A stretch of DNA of 64,000 bases, taken from assembly GCF_018977255.1 (NCBI RefSeq), contig NW_024704742.1:97714001-97778000 (forward strand). The letters are read 5' to 3'. The stretch is from Callorhinchus milii. Its lineage: Eukaryota. The position numbers and the translations under genes are program-made. The notes below the pieces were generated by a model. It did not search any database. It saw only the letters and a list, made by a program, of their open reading frames with translations, and had not been told where the DNA came from. Every line of letters starts with the position of its first letter. Position 1 is the stretch's first letter. Of this stretch, positions 63,833-64,000 are shown piece by piece.

Positions 63833-64000
63833 GGAGTCCCCTGGGGTAGTGGTTAGCGCGCACAGGACCCGGGTTCGATTGCAGGGTGGGCGAAACCTTA
63901 GGCAAATTTCCTTACTCTACACACCTTTGTTTACTAGCAGTAAGTAGGAATCTGGTTGTTAGTTGTTTGGTTGATCACTTTCAGGGATATTAATCTCTCC
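63833..64000 (+). mobile_element. tRNA-SINE variant with a longer body (runs off the window); relative at about 33865-34110
   Basis: Head GGAGTCCC...GGTTCGATT...GGGCGAAACCTTAGGCAAATTTCCTTACTCTACAC, then an extra segment TGTTTACTAGCAGTAAGTAGG. Confidence 0.7.

Noticed and set aside
1..64000. CRISPR arrays, operons or prokaryotic defence systems
   Set aside because: This is a spliced vertebrate locus with no regularly spaced repeat-spacer array.

Overview
Eukaryotic (vertebrate) genomic DNA. The repeat content (Deu-domain tRNA-derived SINEs, L2 and CR1 LINEs) suggests a cartilaginous fish, possibly a chimaera; this is an inference. The window holds the 3' half of PCSK5 (proprotein convertase PC5/6) on the minus strand: 12 GT-AG coding exons (55173 to 15518, 1543 nt, 513 codons plus stop), all phase-compatible. 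They encode the end of the subtilisin domain, the P domain (RRGDL), the cysteine-rich furin-like repeats and the PC5A C-terminus. A probable ~3.2 kb repeat-poor 3' UTR follows. The catalytic-Ser exon and the PC5B-specific exons were not found and probably lie outside the window. Introns are filled with retroposon fragments, several nested with visible target-site duplications. I found no novel protein-coding system. The best leads are a 246-nt AG-free zone with a distant branch point before the PC5A terminal exon, an unclassified ~570-bp repeat with a terminal hairpin and a head-to-tail copy, a 63-bp hAT element with a perfect 8-bp TSD, and inverted SINE pairs around an in-frame three-exon block. 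Repeat boundaries are approximate and were read by eye.
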